Origin: Phoronis australis
Lineage: Eukaryota > Animalia > Phoronida
Assembly (NCBI GenBank): GCA_002633005.1
Contig: NMRA01000006.1
Span: forward strand, 1,913,469 to 1,977,468
Length of the DNA: 64,000 nt
Direction: 5' to 3'
The translations under genes and the position numbers were made by a program. The notes under the pieces were generated by a model, which was given only the letters and a program-made list of their open reading frames with translations, was not told the DNA's origin and did no database searches. Numbering within the stretch: the stretch's first letter is position 1; the number at the start of each line of letters is the position of its first letter. Of this stretch, positions 24,773-37,559 are shown one piece after another.

Positions 24773-27700
24773 CTATAACAAAGGACAATATGACAGCAAC
24801 ATGAATAATAATAACAATACTAATTACTTTACCACAAATTACACGTACTTACCCCAAGATTGTTTTATTACATCTATATAGTTCAAACTTAACCAACAAT
24901 AGAAAATTAAATTCTCTTAATTTTTAATTTTGAGGATTTTAACAAAACAAAATTTCTCCTTTCTTCCAAATACAATACACGCCAAAAGTGTTCAAACAAA
25001 ATGACCCACAATTCCCTGTCATAATATGCGAACGGAAGCCAAATACACCGTCAGAGTAGTCTTCTATAATGACCAAGAAGAAACAGGAAAGAAGAGGAAA
25101 GCAATAAAAATGGCTCAGTGAAAATCTGCTAATGAAATTTTGCTACCACAATACTCGTTACCAGTTACTTTTGCTGTTAGCCATCATGACAGGAAATGGT
25201 ACTTTGTCTGGCTGCTTTCGTCATGTATTATGGGTAAAGAATTAACATATTAATCACATGGGTGTATAGCCACAGGAAACATGAACACAGAGAAACACAC
25301 GACATTGACAACACCTTTATTCAGGAATTAGCTTTCAAGTAACCTTATAATAATGAAATATTAACGCAAGACGAATTAATCGAAAACTTGACAAATGAAA
25401 TTAACGAGTATTTTTAATCTATTCATGATTAGATTTGGCAACTCGCATGTTGCTAATGCCACCTCACAATTTTGTTTGACAACCAGGTAAAAATCCAAAG
25501 TTGTCAAGAAGGTGTCACGCCACATCCAAGCATAGACTCAAAATACTACAGGAAGGAAAACAAACGGAAGTCGCAACCATTTGGCAAATATTAAAAAGGG
25601 CCCGATTGTGTTTGTTTGCATCAGGAGGTAACCCTGTACAGCGGATATTGAGCTCAAGAGGAGGAAATGGGGGAAATTAGTTTTCATTGGGCAATCCTAA
25701 TTTCCCCCTTAAATAAACAAAAAGATGCCGTCCTGTGGTGGTACATCGGTGCACACTTCAGGTATTTCATTTTCAACTCTTGGTAACTTCAGATCCTGTT
25801 TGGCAACCAGAAATTTCGCCAGATTGTACTTGGTGAGTTGATGATGGTATGGTAAGCATCAAGCTATGTCAAAGATATCATCAAACATGAAGAGATCTGT
25901 TCGGACATTCAATACAAAAATTAAACTTGAAAACAAAGTGATTTTCATCTTCAAATTAAAAACTTGAACTAATCGGGTAAACAGAACTTGACATGGAACA
26001 AATAGACACGCAACGGCAATTTGTCACTCACTTTTGGGATTGGAAGAAGTTTGACCGTGATGCATAAGTGATGTTACAGCTAAGGTATTCACTTTTGTAC
26101 CACAGCAGACTAGCAGACTTTTATGAAACATTTTCCGTCTTAACTTAGACCGAAGTTGATACCAAAATGCCTATTAAGCCTCATTTCATGAAATTTCTTA
26201 AGACCAAAATTAAGACCAAAAACGGTCTAAGCTAAGACCTACGGATGCTGCAGGATGAGTGTACAACTGGGTACATACCCAGTCAGCAGCCCAGTGGGCA
26301 TCACTTAACTCCAGCAGAAAGACCAAGGAGAATTTTCCCAACATGATCAAACCAAAAGGTTCACAAAACCTCTGAGTTTAGATAGATGGGGCATAAGACA
26401 CCTCATTCAAATTTTGACGGGCCACTGTAACCTAGCCCGACACAGACACATTACTGGGCACATGGGGAGCCCAGTGTGTCCCGAGTATGGTACTGATGTA
26501 GAATCCCTAAACAGCTGGTAGAGTTTTGCCCAGCTTTTTTTACGCTAAGGAGCAACCTACTGGATGACACTGTTACATGCCTACAACAATTAGTGCATGG
26601 CAACAAATGGAAACGTCTGTCCGTTTTCTTAAAGGAGACTGGCAGACTTGAAAACTTCCTTTACGAAGAACCATAATGGGGCTCTCATGCTTTAGCTGAG
26701 GTGTTTTGTGCAATGGGCCAAACAATGAAGCCTGCACACATCTGATGCACCGCAAATGATATCAGGCCACCTGCACTGTTTTTTTTGTTTTTTTTTTACA
26801 AAGTACGCTTAATATTGGAAGTTTGGTCTAACTGACCATAACTCAAGACTATTATTATTGTAAACTGTTGAGGAACAAATTTTGTTGACATTTTTCACAT
26901 TCTTATGTCCTTAACCAACGTCAACTGAAGATCGGCAAACACCGTAGAGACAATGCAGTGCGACTTACTGGCACATGTGAAATGATATTTTTCAGCCATT
27001 CCAGAGTCTTCTCAAGCAAACAAGATCCCAATTGCATACAAAATGTAAATAAATCCCCATTTAGAAATTCAAGACCAATATTATTCTTGAAACTGTATTT
27101 CACACACCGCCTCGCTTAGTTTTGCTAATTGACCTATCGCCAGCTCCCCTTGAGAAAAGTGTTGTTTGTCAGGTAAAATGGTGGCTTGGAAACAAAGGTG
27201 CGTCGAGAATGCTACGTTCTGATTGGTCAGTTAAGCCGTCACTCAAAATCCTGGCAATAGGTCAATTCGGAAAAAGTGGCAAAAGCATGTCAAAAAATGG
27301 CTTAATTTCAGTCGAAGTTACGACCGAAGACCAAAATCAGACTTCCTGTTCATGAAATGGTCTTTTCTGTATTTTCCTCTTCGGTCTTACCTTAAGACAA
27401 ATTTTTGGTCTTAACTTAAGTCTGTTTCCATGGAACAGGCCCCTGGGTGTGCGCAGTGCAACTTACTGTTGGAAACATCCTCTCATAAAACATAACTATT
27501 ATTCCTTTAAGAATGACTCGCAAAGAGAAGCTGACACGAATCAAGCGTACCAAATTACGGTAGACACATTCTATTTCAACAGCCATTGTACAAAAACCAC
27601 TTACACAAGTTACTAACCAACGAAATACGTGGGTTTGAGATCATAACAAAATACAGACCAGTGACTAGCTCAGCAGACGCAAACAACCTGATCAAAACCA

Positions 27701-30700
27701 AAGTCTTACTCAAGACAATACCGATGATAAAAGTAACCACCAACATCAACGATAACATGAGCTAACAGCATACATTGAATGGAAATGGACTAACTTGAGG
27801 AAATTCCTAAAAGACAAAATACTCACCCGAAGCAACTCTTTAAAATATCAAAAAACCAAAGTTCAGGTAAATAAACTAAATTTTGATCAAAATCCACTTA
27901 CCTTTTTAAAACTGGTCTCAACTTAAGTGACGTCGGAAGTGGTTTTTGGTATTGTACAGAACTATTTTTTACCGAGATCAAGCTCAGGGTCCATAAAATG
28001 ACATGCTGTGACAAGCCTGAACTTGCAGAGCCTGATCTCAAGAGGTCGTTGTTTTACGATATTGACCATCTCATATAACACTTCAACAATTTTTATTTCA
28101 CACAACAGATTATTCATTTTGAAAAATGTTGATTTTGAGTTGTATTTTTTTTGTTATTTTGCCATTTAATAATAGCGGGTCCTCAAATTTCACAATGACG
28201 TCACACTAAACAATAGGCAAACCTATTGTAGACATTAGGTGTGACTTAATACAAGCTGGAATTTTGAATTTATTGAAGAAGAAACATCTCTTCTAACATT
28301 GTTCTCACCAATTAAACTTATTTTGCAATCTCAGCATCATAACATAACCGCCATCTAGTGAAGCGCAACAGAAAAATGGTGATCTTGAAATTGCCACGCC
28401 TTTGAGAAGGTTAAATTGCTCATTCTTATGTACATTTGAGCAAAAATGAGTTCAAAAACAAAGTTGCTGTCTCCCTAATTTTTTGATCTTATTTCATAGA
28501 AAACATAGTGAGCAACAGAATAAATTTAGAGAAAAGATAAAAATTCAATAAGGCAAATTTTCATGTAGAAATCAAAACTCTGAGATTTGAGATACTCAAA
28601 TACAGAAAAAAAATTAAAATACTCGCGTTGATGTCAGAAAATCGGTGAACTGAAGAATATAATTAAAGCCACAAAAACATGACACTGACATTGCGTAACA
28701 AATTAAGTCCATTTTTAAAAGGACCTCAATCATTAATTTAATTAGTGGAGGCTTTTCAGGAACCCAAATAAATTTCACATTTTTTCCATAGATATTTATT
28801 TTCAGAATGCAGTGACAAGAAATAAGTCAGTGACTCACATTTTTTGGCAAAGACCAAAATACAAAAGATGAAAATTTTTAAAAAATCAACAATTAAAATT
28901 GTGTCGAACCCCCACAGAAAACACCCCCACAGAAAACGCACATTTCAGGCATTACAGACCAGACCACTGAAATACCTATGTACTTGTGCTGACAGCCAGT
29001 ACAGTCCTACTAACACATCCAGAATGTGAGAATCTAGTCTAGACATCCCACGACGCATTCAATGCATTTGTTCTTAGTTGAAAGAGGGTCATTATCGCCG
29101 TCCGCTGCCCCTCAGAGAACGATTTCATCACAGTTCCAGTGAGTAGTAAAAATTTTATATATACCGTAATTCTTTACTTACTTGGCACACGATGTGGCGA
29201 ACACGTGAAATTCTATTTGGACAAAATTCTCCAAAAGCTAATGATTAAGAAAATATTCTAGTCTATTACTAGCATGGTTTGTACCGTGAATAGGTCAGAA
29301 AACAATTTTCGGTAAAATTTACACTGTTTGCGGTGAGAGTAATCAATCCTTGAAAAAAGGAAAAAAATGGCAATTATGGCAATCATTTTGATTAATGGTC
29401 TCATATAACGTACCCAAATTTTGAGAACCCATTTGATGCCCATAATTCAGTGGAGAAAACTGGTTCTCAAAATTCGGGCACGATGTATCCAACCATTTCC
29501 CATTTTTGTGCAAAGTCACAGATTTACTGTTATGTCCAGATTCCAACACTGACAATCAGTGACCCACATCACAGGTCATTGTAACCTGGAATAGTTATCT
29601 TAAACAACATAAACACTAGTGTTCAAGGACAAATAGGAAAATAAAACGCTTTGTAATAAAGGAATTTGTAACCTGCATAAGGTGCCAGCTAAAGTAATAA
29701 AGGTCTTTGAGAGTGACAGTTGATTTCACGTGTGGCCACGCACTTATTTTTCTTCCTGGTAAAGATCAGAGTCAATTGTCCACGGGAAATGGGTGCAGTC
29801 AGGGAGAACTGAGAAAAAACTTTGATAACGGTCCTGGAAATCCATCCAGACAGATTCTTGAACCTTCAATCTCACAGCTGAGATGACACACAAGAAGACA
29901 ACTGCAGCAGGGTAGACCAATAACACACAACAGCGCTAATTTGTTATTTTCACATTTTCAAGAGTAAACATGATATGTAATTACCATATCACCATATCTA
30001 ATCACATCCATCTGCCGAAATCCGCTTTCTTGACGACTTTTTCCCTCATATTCCACAAGGTAAAAAGAACTCTGAAAAGACTAACTCAACACGTCTTGCC
30101 ACGGTGAATGACCATTTCCCATTCAAGCTATCACAACACTAAATGTCAGTGATCGCTTTTAATAACACGTCACACAGTGGCTAGTTTCTAAAAACATCAG
30201 GCAATGCATGAAAGACCAGGCAATGAGTGTGACCAACAGATGGTAGCCATTTGCAGTGACTATCTTTGTAGTGAAATAAAACAAGCCACTAATGTAGCTG
30301 ACTGTACATTAGGAGGAAACTGAATCATACAAAGACAATGGCTCCATGAAAAAACATTGTATCTTTGTTGACCCCATGTACAGAATGGCCATATTGTGAT
30401 ACATCATGTTTTTATTAGTAACTTTGTACTAATGGTTGTAAAGCCTTATATACATTGTTCACACTAAAGCGGTTATAACTTTTATAATCAATTTAAAGGT
30501 CTGAACACTTTAAAGACATTTTCAAAAGTTGTAACTGTAACACGGTTACTAGTCTTTTTGTGAAATGGTAAAGCGAGAGGTTATGACTGTTGTAATTTGG
30601 TATGAACACAGCAGTTACAAAAGTAATAACTCTAGGTGGAGCTCCTATCAAATCTCATTGGAAACACTGTGGCAACAGGGCACTAACTGGGGTGAATCCC

Positions 30701-31596
30701 GATAGTGATAGCGACTAAAACCATGAACTATAGTAACAAAAGTTGTAACTGGTGATGCGAACGGCAACGATTATGTACCTGTTAAAACTATTGAAAGCGC
30801 AATGATAGGACACTTATTGTCTCGTTCGACTAACTCATCAATGGCACATGAATAGTCTTAGTGTAATTGCTCTGAATAGTAATTTGCATGTCAGTGGCTT
30901 TTGAATGACTTTGTCTACCCTGAACCCACGTTTGCGTAATTGCTTTGAGCTTGAGTTGGAATTCTTAACGTCATTCATGCCACGTCCTTTGAGATATCAG
31001 CAAATTTCTACGTTTGTTGCTCCTACTGTGCCTATGTTACTGTTCATGATGTTGCAGTGTCTTGTGTGCATATTCATTGTAACATAGCGCATAAAACTGT
31101 AATGAACCAGCAAAACTTGACGTATATGTTTTGAGAGCAAGACAAGCTTCTAACAAGGCATAGCAATGGCTCCAGAAAGACTTGCTCACGGTTTACATAG
31201 TTGGTGTGAACACACCAATCGTGAAACGTTAATGTAGCACACAACATGGCAGGTAAACAAAATTTCAAAACAAAAACAAACAGGAAGTTCGTTTTACAAT
31301 TTTTACAGATGAGTTCACTGGAGGCAGTTTTCTCATTAAATGACACGGTTTAACTAAACACGTTGTTGGTGCGTTACCTAGGATACATTTTTCAATCAGA
31401 TGTGAAAAGTTTCATATGTAGTGCGTTTAAGTATCGCTACAACACGAGTTGTTATTAAATGTTATCGGACTGGCGGTTGTAAGTAAAAATTTGTTTTGTA
31501 TGGAGTGAATACAACTGAGTTTTAATGCATACTAAAAATGACACGGATGCCACAATTTGGAGTAGGTCTACTGCAACAGGTGAACACAGATTACAC

Positions 31597-31806
31597 GAGA
31601 CCGTGTGGCTCAGTGGTTTGAGCTCCAGACTCCCGTTTGGGGGACCCGGGTTTGAATCCTGGCCTTACTAGTAGACAATCAAGCATTGCACAAAGGCGTC
31701 TCCTGCCCCCCTGAGCTCGGTCTTACTAGTGAATGTACACAGGGAATGAATGAGAACCTGGATATAATGCGAGAGCGATTTCTGGGGCTGTGCTTATATT
31801 ATTACC
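31597..31806 (+). mobile_element. tRNA-derived SINE
   Basis: A box tggctcagtgg (31606) and B box ggtttgaatcc (31649), followed by a non-tRNA body and a short (att)n tail. Confidence 0.6.
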
Positions 31807-34800
31807 GATGTCATAATTTGTTCACTTCAACAATCCTCAGACAATGCCTTCTTCAATTTGGGACAAAATTGTCGCGTATCAATTTTTCAGAGGCTAAGAA
31901 CATTGCTGCAAATACTAAAAATTTCGCACAATGTTGTTTGGTAATAGTGGGCGACCAGTGGGACTGCTGCTTAAGGGCTATATGTGAAATGACAAATGGT
32001 CACGTGACCACATAGGTGTAGACCAAAATCGTGTCGTCACTGTGAAAGATGGCAGCGTCCACATGCAAGCCACCATTACAATATTGCATAGTTAACACAA
32101 AACATATATACTTCCAAATTCCCCAAGCATGGAGGTAGGCTGGCCGAGCAAGGGAGGTGAAATACATCATCCCATGTGACCATCGTTCTGTAGAAGGTCT
32201 CAAAGAATGTATAGACCTTTTTGTCGCAGTTTGTCACAAAATTCAAACATGACTTTGTACAGCTTTAACCATACGTAACCATCCTGAGCAGACTGAAAAA
32301 TGGTGGTCAGATAATTGAAAATTCTCACCTCAGTTTTTTCTTTGGAATTTTCGGTCACAGCGTGAGAAGTTATACCGTAGTCATCGAAAACAATCGTATG
32401 CACTGGCTCCCAAGTTTTCATAGCACAATAGTCAGGGTTAGGATTTTTCAATTGAGAAAAAAGCAATTTTGACAAATGCTCTGTGTGAATTACGAATAGC
32501 TGTAACATACCTTGTAGCCAGTGACACACAAGATAAACATCCGAAAATGTGAAATTTTGTCACCAGAAAAATTTCCAACTGGCACATATTTCGTGTGATC
32601 ATGCAAAACACAGAAGCTATGAGTTGTATGAAGCAAATGAAAAACGATTAACGTCATACAAATATAGTCTGGAACATACATCGATTCTCTCAACAAAGAC
32701 CCGAGGGAGACTCTTGTCAAATAAACAACTATTCTGCGAAGCTTTCGATTCGATTTCTCATAATAGTGAGAATGGTTTTAACATGCAAAAAACAGTGAAT
32801 GACAATCGCACAGCTTTCTGAAAATGACTTCCTACAAAGTGACAAGCTTTCAAGAATTCTTAGAAATAGATTTTTGACGAATATCAAGCAAAGGAGATTT
32901 TGAGGCAATCGAATGAGGCCTGGAATTTCTTGCAACGAGCAAGAATAACACATCAAGGTCTAAGTGAAATCCAGAAAGGGCAAGACTCCTAATGACTTTC
33001 AGAAAAAATTGTCTTCATTAATCAGCCTGTGACAAACTCATTTACTATTAAATATCAAAGAATAACAATAGAGGTCCCTACGTTAGCACAATAACAAAAT
33101 TACACGAAGACACCATAAAAGAATCTCATGGTTAGAAGGCCAATAATTACCTCCATCACAGTGTTATTTCCTAACCAATGAAATACGATCCAACAAAATT
33201 TTTTGCTGAACATTTTGACACTACCGTAGATTTATCTGGTAAAATAATGATTTTTAGCATGGGGGAGTTTTCCAGCACGTAATGGATTATCCAGGTTTGC
33301 CGACACCTGTGTATCTTCTAGTTGACGTCAATAAAGGTGTGCAAAGATAACTTAAAAAATCTTTCACAAATTATATTGATTAAAACAGCTATAAACTCGT
33401 TTTTGGTCCAAAAAGTGAACTTTTGATTACAGACCATCAGTGCAATAAAATGTGTCTCTACTTGCTCCTTTGTCAGACGCAAAGTGATTTCTGAATTTGG
33501 AAAGAGCTGACATTTCGTTGATCAGTGCATAAAATGACACACCATCACAAGCCAACTAGTAGCGCCCTCTCTCAAGCAAAAACACTTCTTTCAAAGCCCT
33601 GAAATATTCTCCAATTTGTCAAAGGAATAATTTGAGATCAATTCCATAATGGTAAGGGGGTCTAAATCAAAAGTTGGGGTTTTTGTCTGTGATGGAAGGC
33701 AGTTTTATGGCCATTTAAAAAGAAAAGAATTTCAAGTGTTGACTACTTTGAATCTAGAATTCATAAGAAGTCTCCCTTCTGGCATCATCCTGAAATGAAA
33801 ATGAAGCAAGCTATGCCATACATTTTTGTTTCTGTCGCAAAAAAGCACAATATCGGCGTGCACACAAAACGCCCAATGACAAAATCTTAACAACCTGCGA
33901 CAGTAAAGCCCACAAATATTTAAACTCACCATCTTTAAAGTAGGGTGGTACCAAGAACCTTAAGCTAACACAAAACGACAGAAGAACCCATTAGAAGCAT
34001 ATCGTCTCATTGTTCCGTGAAGACTGAACCTCAGAAGAACAATTTTAACTATTTTGCTACAGCACACCACGCAGTCATTAGTATCAACAAGGAGGTATAA
34101 TTGCATGACAATATTCTAATACCATTGCTAACAATAAGTTCCTGCCTGCAATTATGATAGGTTAAATTGCTGTGCTTGGTTGTAATTTTGAAGTTTGGTC
34201 CAGCATGCTGAATAACATTATGAAAGCCGTCACAACAAGAGCAACGCAGAGGGTTGATATGTGCCCAACGCGTGCATCCTAGAGTGCTGTTTTTTTCGAA
34301 TATCTCAACGACAGCCGAGATCGCGCTAAAATCAGCAAACATTTAAGTACAATTTCATCGAAAAACTTGGTAAAGTGGTAGACGCATGACAATTTGTCGC
34401 AAGAATACAGCACGGTAGTCTGATCCATCAAAATTCTCCTCATTAGGAACGCAAGTTTCATAATAATTCTTCAAGCGGGAGGCAGTGTCAAAAGAGACAT
34501 GAATGGACAAATACAACTGAAACTGGCAGGTACAGCTCTTTCCTTCATAGTAACTTACATGTCAAATTTCTTAGTTAAAGAACTTTGGCACACAGAAAAC
34601 CAGTCACCAGGGGACGCCACAGTTGTCAGACTCATCCTCAAATCAATGTAACGATAAAAATTCCCCTGAGTTTAGACAGCCTCTAAAATTTGGGACACTC
34701 AAATTCAAGCTGAAATTAAATTTTCTTGATTCCAAAAATTGAGACATGAGCAACCACATGCATCATATTTCTCAAATATCAGACACTGCATTTTGTATAA

Positions 34801-36019
34801 AAAGAGTGTGAAAAAAGGCGAAACAGTTCATACAATCCTGGGGCATACGCATCGACCTAAAATTTTCTTGAACCCCCATAGTGTATAAAATGGAGATGAA
34901 TCATCTTTGTCACTGATTATAATTCTTGAATTTGTGACAGCCAATATTGCCTATTTCTAAAAATTTGGTACAAGCTCCTACCATGAGCAAATAATTTATT
35001 TTTCACAGTAACTCAAAGAATTTTACCATAGCTATGCTCACCTCAGCTGGAACACTACATCAAATTCATGAAGGTCCATCAAGGAACTCCGTAGATAGAC
35101 TAGACGGACAATTGCCGCACAAATAAAGAAGTTCATGTTAACTCAACTTTTCGTCTTATTCAACAAGACATCATCAGGATATGTACAGTAGGACAACAAA
35201 AATCAGCCGTGCTGTCCACAATAAGAACACACACGCCAAATTTCTAAGTGATCTTTCAAGTAGTTAGGTGCATAGAAAGGCGGACAATAGAAATAGACAC
35301 CAAAATAATAAAAATGGCAACTAGGGGATGCAAAATCACTCAAAATCCGTCTGACACTGAAAAATGTCATTTCATTGTACACAAGTCCACAATTTTTATT
35401 TCAGCATGCACAAATATAAATGAAGTAAACAAGCCATTTTTACATTGCCCTCTATGGAGACACCACAAAAAATGAAGATTTCTCTTTAAGGATATCTCAA
35501 ACCTTATTCACAAAAATTGGCCATTTTTACAATATTTCACGTCTAGCAAAATACCTCCTCTTGATTCTCAGGGAACTTCAAATACGAAATGTATACCATG
35601 TAGCGAGAAAAAAGATTTGGAAGAACCATCTTGGAACCGCACATCAGTGTGGAAATTTGTTTACTACTTATCGCAGGTCAAAGGTTACAGGGCTGTCACT
35701 CAAACTGAATCTCCCGCCAGGCACAGAGCAGCTCCATATGTACCCTTAGTCCTTTCATTCACCGAGTCGCCATATATTGCGTCAATAACATGAACATGCG
35801 ATAGAAAGATGCCAAGGAAAAAGAAGACAAAATGTAGCTTTGATCCTGAGAGAGTGTATGTTTGTATGCATACAACCACTGAGAATGAATGCTACGAGTC
35901 GCGTCACGCCACTGTGACTTAGTGTTCACGTACACAACAAGTTGTGAAAAGAGATAAATCCTCACCCATTAATTCCTTAATTCAGGTAATTTGACATTTC
36001 GCTGTATCAATCTCAAGTT

Positions 36020-36870
36020 TTCACCGAACATTAAACCGAAGTCCTTGACTCGGCCTTGAGATTTTCACATGTCGCCACATAATTTTTTTTTCTCGGCTTC
36101 GGCAAAGCGACTTCATTTGAACTTAGGAACACGAGTTCTCGAAAACAGCTTGGTGGATTTGCTGAAACATTACAAACTTGATATTTATTCATCTCGCTTC
36201 GGCAATTTTTTATATAAAAGCCCAGATTTTGAGTAATGTAACAGAAACAAATACGACTTCTATTTTTCCAAAATACCTTACATTTTGCGAATTGATTTTT
36301 CATAGAAAATTCCTAACTGGTGACGTTTACATTTAAAAATGGTTTCATTAAAATCGACTGAGGGGTTATTTTGTTATTTTTTGCTATGAATGTACCTTCA
36401 TTGAACATGGAATTTTGATTTAAAAAAGGTCTTAACGTAATAATAATAATCACATAACATAGGCGGAATTAGGGAGGGACAATAGGCCAGGGGGCCTGGC
36501 ACACCCCCCCCCCTTGGCTGCCGCAAGCAAAATGAAACGGAAAGAACGTGAAGCGTGAGGAAATATTGAGGCCAGTAAGCACGGATGAGGGGGGACTCAG
36601 ACTCAAGGCCGCAGGGCAATCATGTTCCCGTTTTTTTCTTTTTTTTAGTCCGACAATAGGTCTTGCGGACAGGAAGTACACGTCCTTGGCCCCCGCAACT
36701 TTCGGGCTGCCTGTGCATACATCCGCGCTTAGCCCAATTCCCCGAGGCAACATGTTGGGTTCCCCCTTATGTTATCCTAGATCCACCACTGCATCAATAT
36801 AAAACATATTTTGATATTCCCCGAACATTTTTCTTTTAGAAAATTTATACTTTTACTAGTTGACAAAGTC
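36020..36870. repeat. Dispersed repeat, related to 60160-60665
   Basis: Shared blocks such as tttttctcggcttcggcaaa, atttgaacttaggaacac and tacttttactagttgacaaag. Confidence 0.8.
36458..36791. mobile_element. GC-rich hAT-like MITE inserted in an older repeat
   Basis: Ends cataggcggaattagg / cctagatccaccactg resemble the TIR of the 47277 element; it is absent from the related repeat copy near 60590. Confidence 0.55.
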
Positions 36871-37129
36871 TAGTTTTACAATTTACATGCTAGAATTGAG
36901 GTCACTAAATAAGATTTGAGATAACCTTAAATAACAAGAAGATAACAACCAACGTCTTGTCAACTGGAACATGCCAAATTTGGTGCACATCCATCAAGAA
37001 AGTTGGAAGATATTGAGGCACAGGCAAAAAAAAATTTGACAAAAGGTGAAATGCTATCACACATCTATGGGTCAAGTCTCATCCATGTGGAGAATTTCTT
37101 TCTTACACTGGTCACAGCTTACACTGGTC

Positions 37130-37559
37130 CATGGTACCTAAACTACACGGTCAACGGACTCATAAACACGACTCACGGACCTGCAAACACCGTCCACTGA
37201 CTCACAAACACGGGAACGGACTCACAAAACACGATCCACGCACCCAAATACACGGGACACGGACTCATATTCATGAGGAAACACGGTTAACGGACCGCCA
37301 AACACGGGTCACGGACAAAATGAAGATGTCAGCTGACCCAGGAAGCCGATGTGTCCGTGACCCGTGTTTGGCGGTCCGTTAACCGTGTTTCCTCGTGAAT
37401 ATGAGTCCGTGTCCCGTGTATTTGGGTGCGTGGATCGTGTTTTGTGAGTCCGTTCCCGTGTTTGTGAGTCAGTGGACGGTGTTTGCAGGTCCGTGAGTCA
37501 TGTTCATGCGTCCGTGCCCGTGTTTATGAGTCCGTTGACCGTGTAGTTTAGGTACCTTG
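37130..37559. mobile_element. Fold-back MITE, CAT/CAA termini, 5-bp TSD TGGTC
   Basis: Near-perfect ~190-bp arms (ggtacctaaactacacggtcaacggactc...) with ACACGG subrepeats; TGGTC at 37125-37129 and 37560-37564. Confidence 0.85.

Noticed and set aside
26120-27445. ttaagacc/ggtcttaa blocks and a ggcccc end suggesting Harbinger MITE fragments
   Set aside because: Could not pair termini or find a TSD.
31597-31670. Functional tRNA gene
   Set aside because: Imperfect cloverleaf, mutated B box, no T-run terminator; better explained as a SINE head. The same applies to 52610-52674.
32549-32821. EAFDSISH resembling the LINE RT 'KAFDSI' motif
   Set aside because: Single short motif with no recognisable neighbouring RT motifs.
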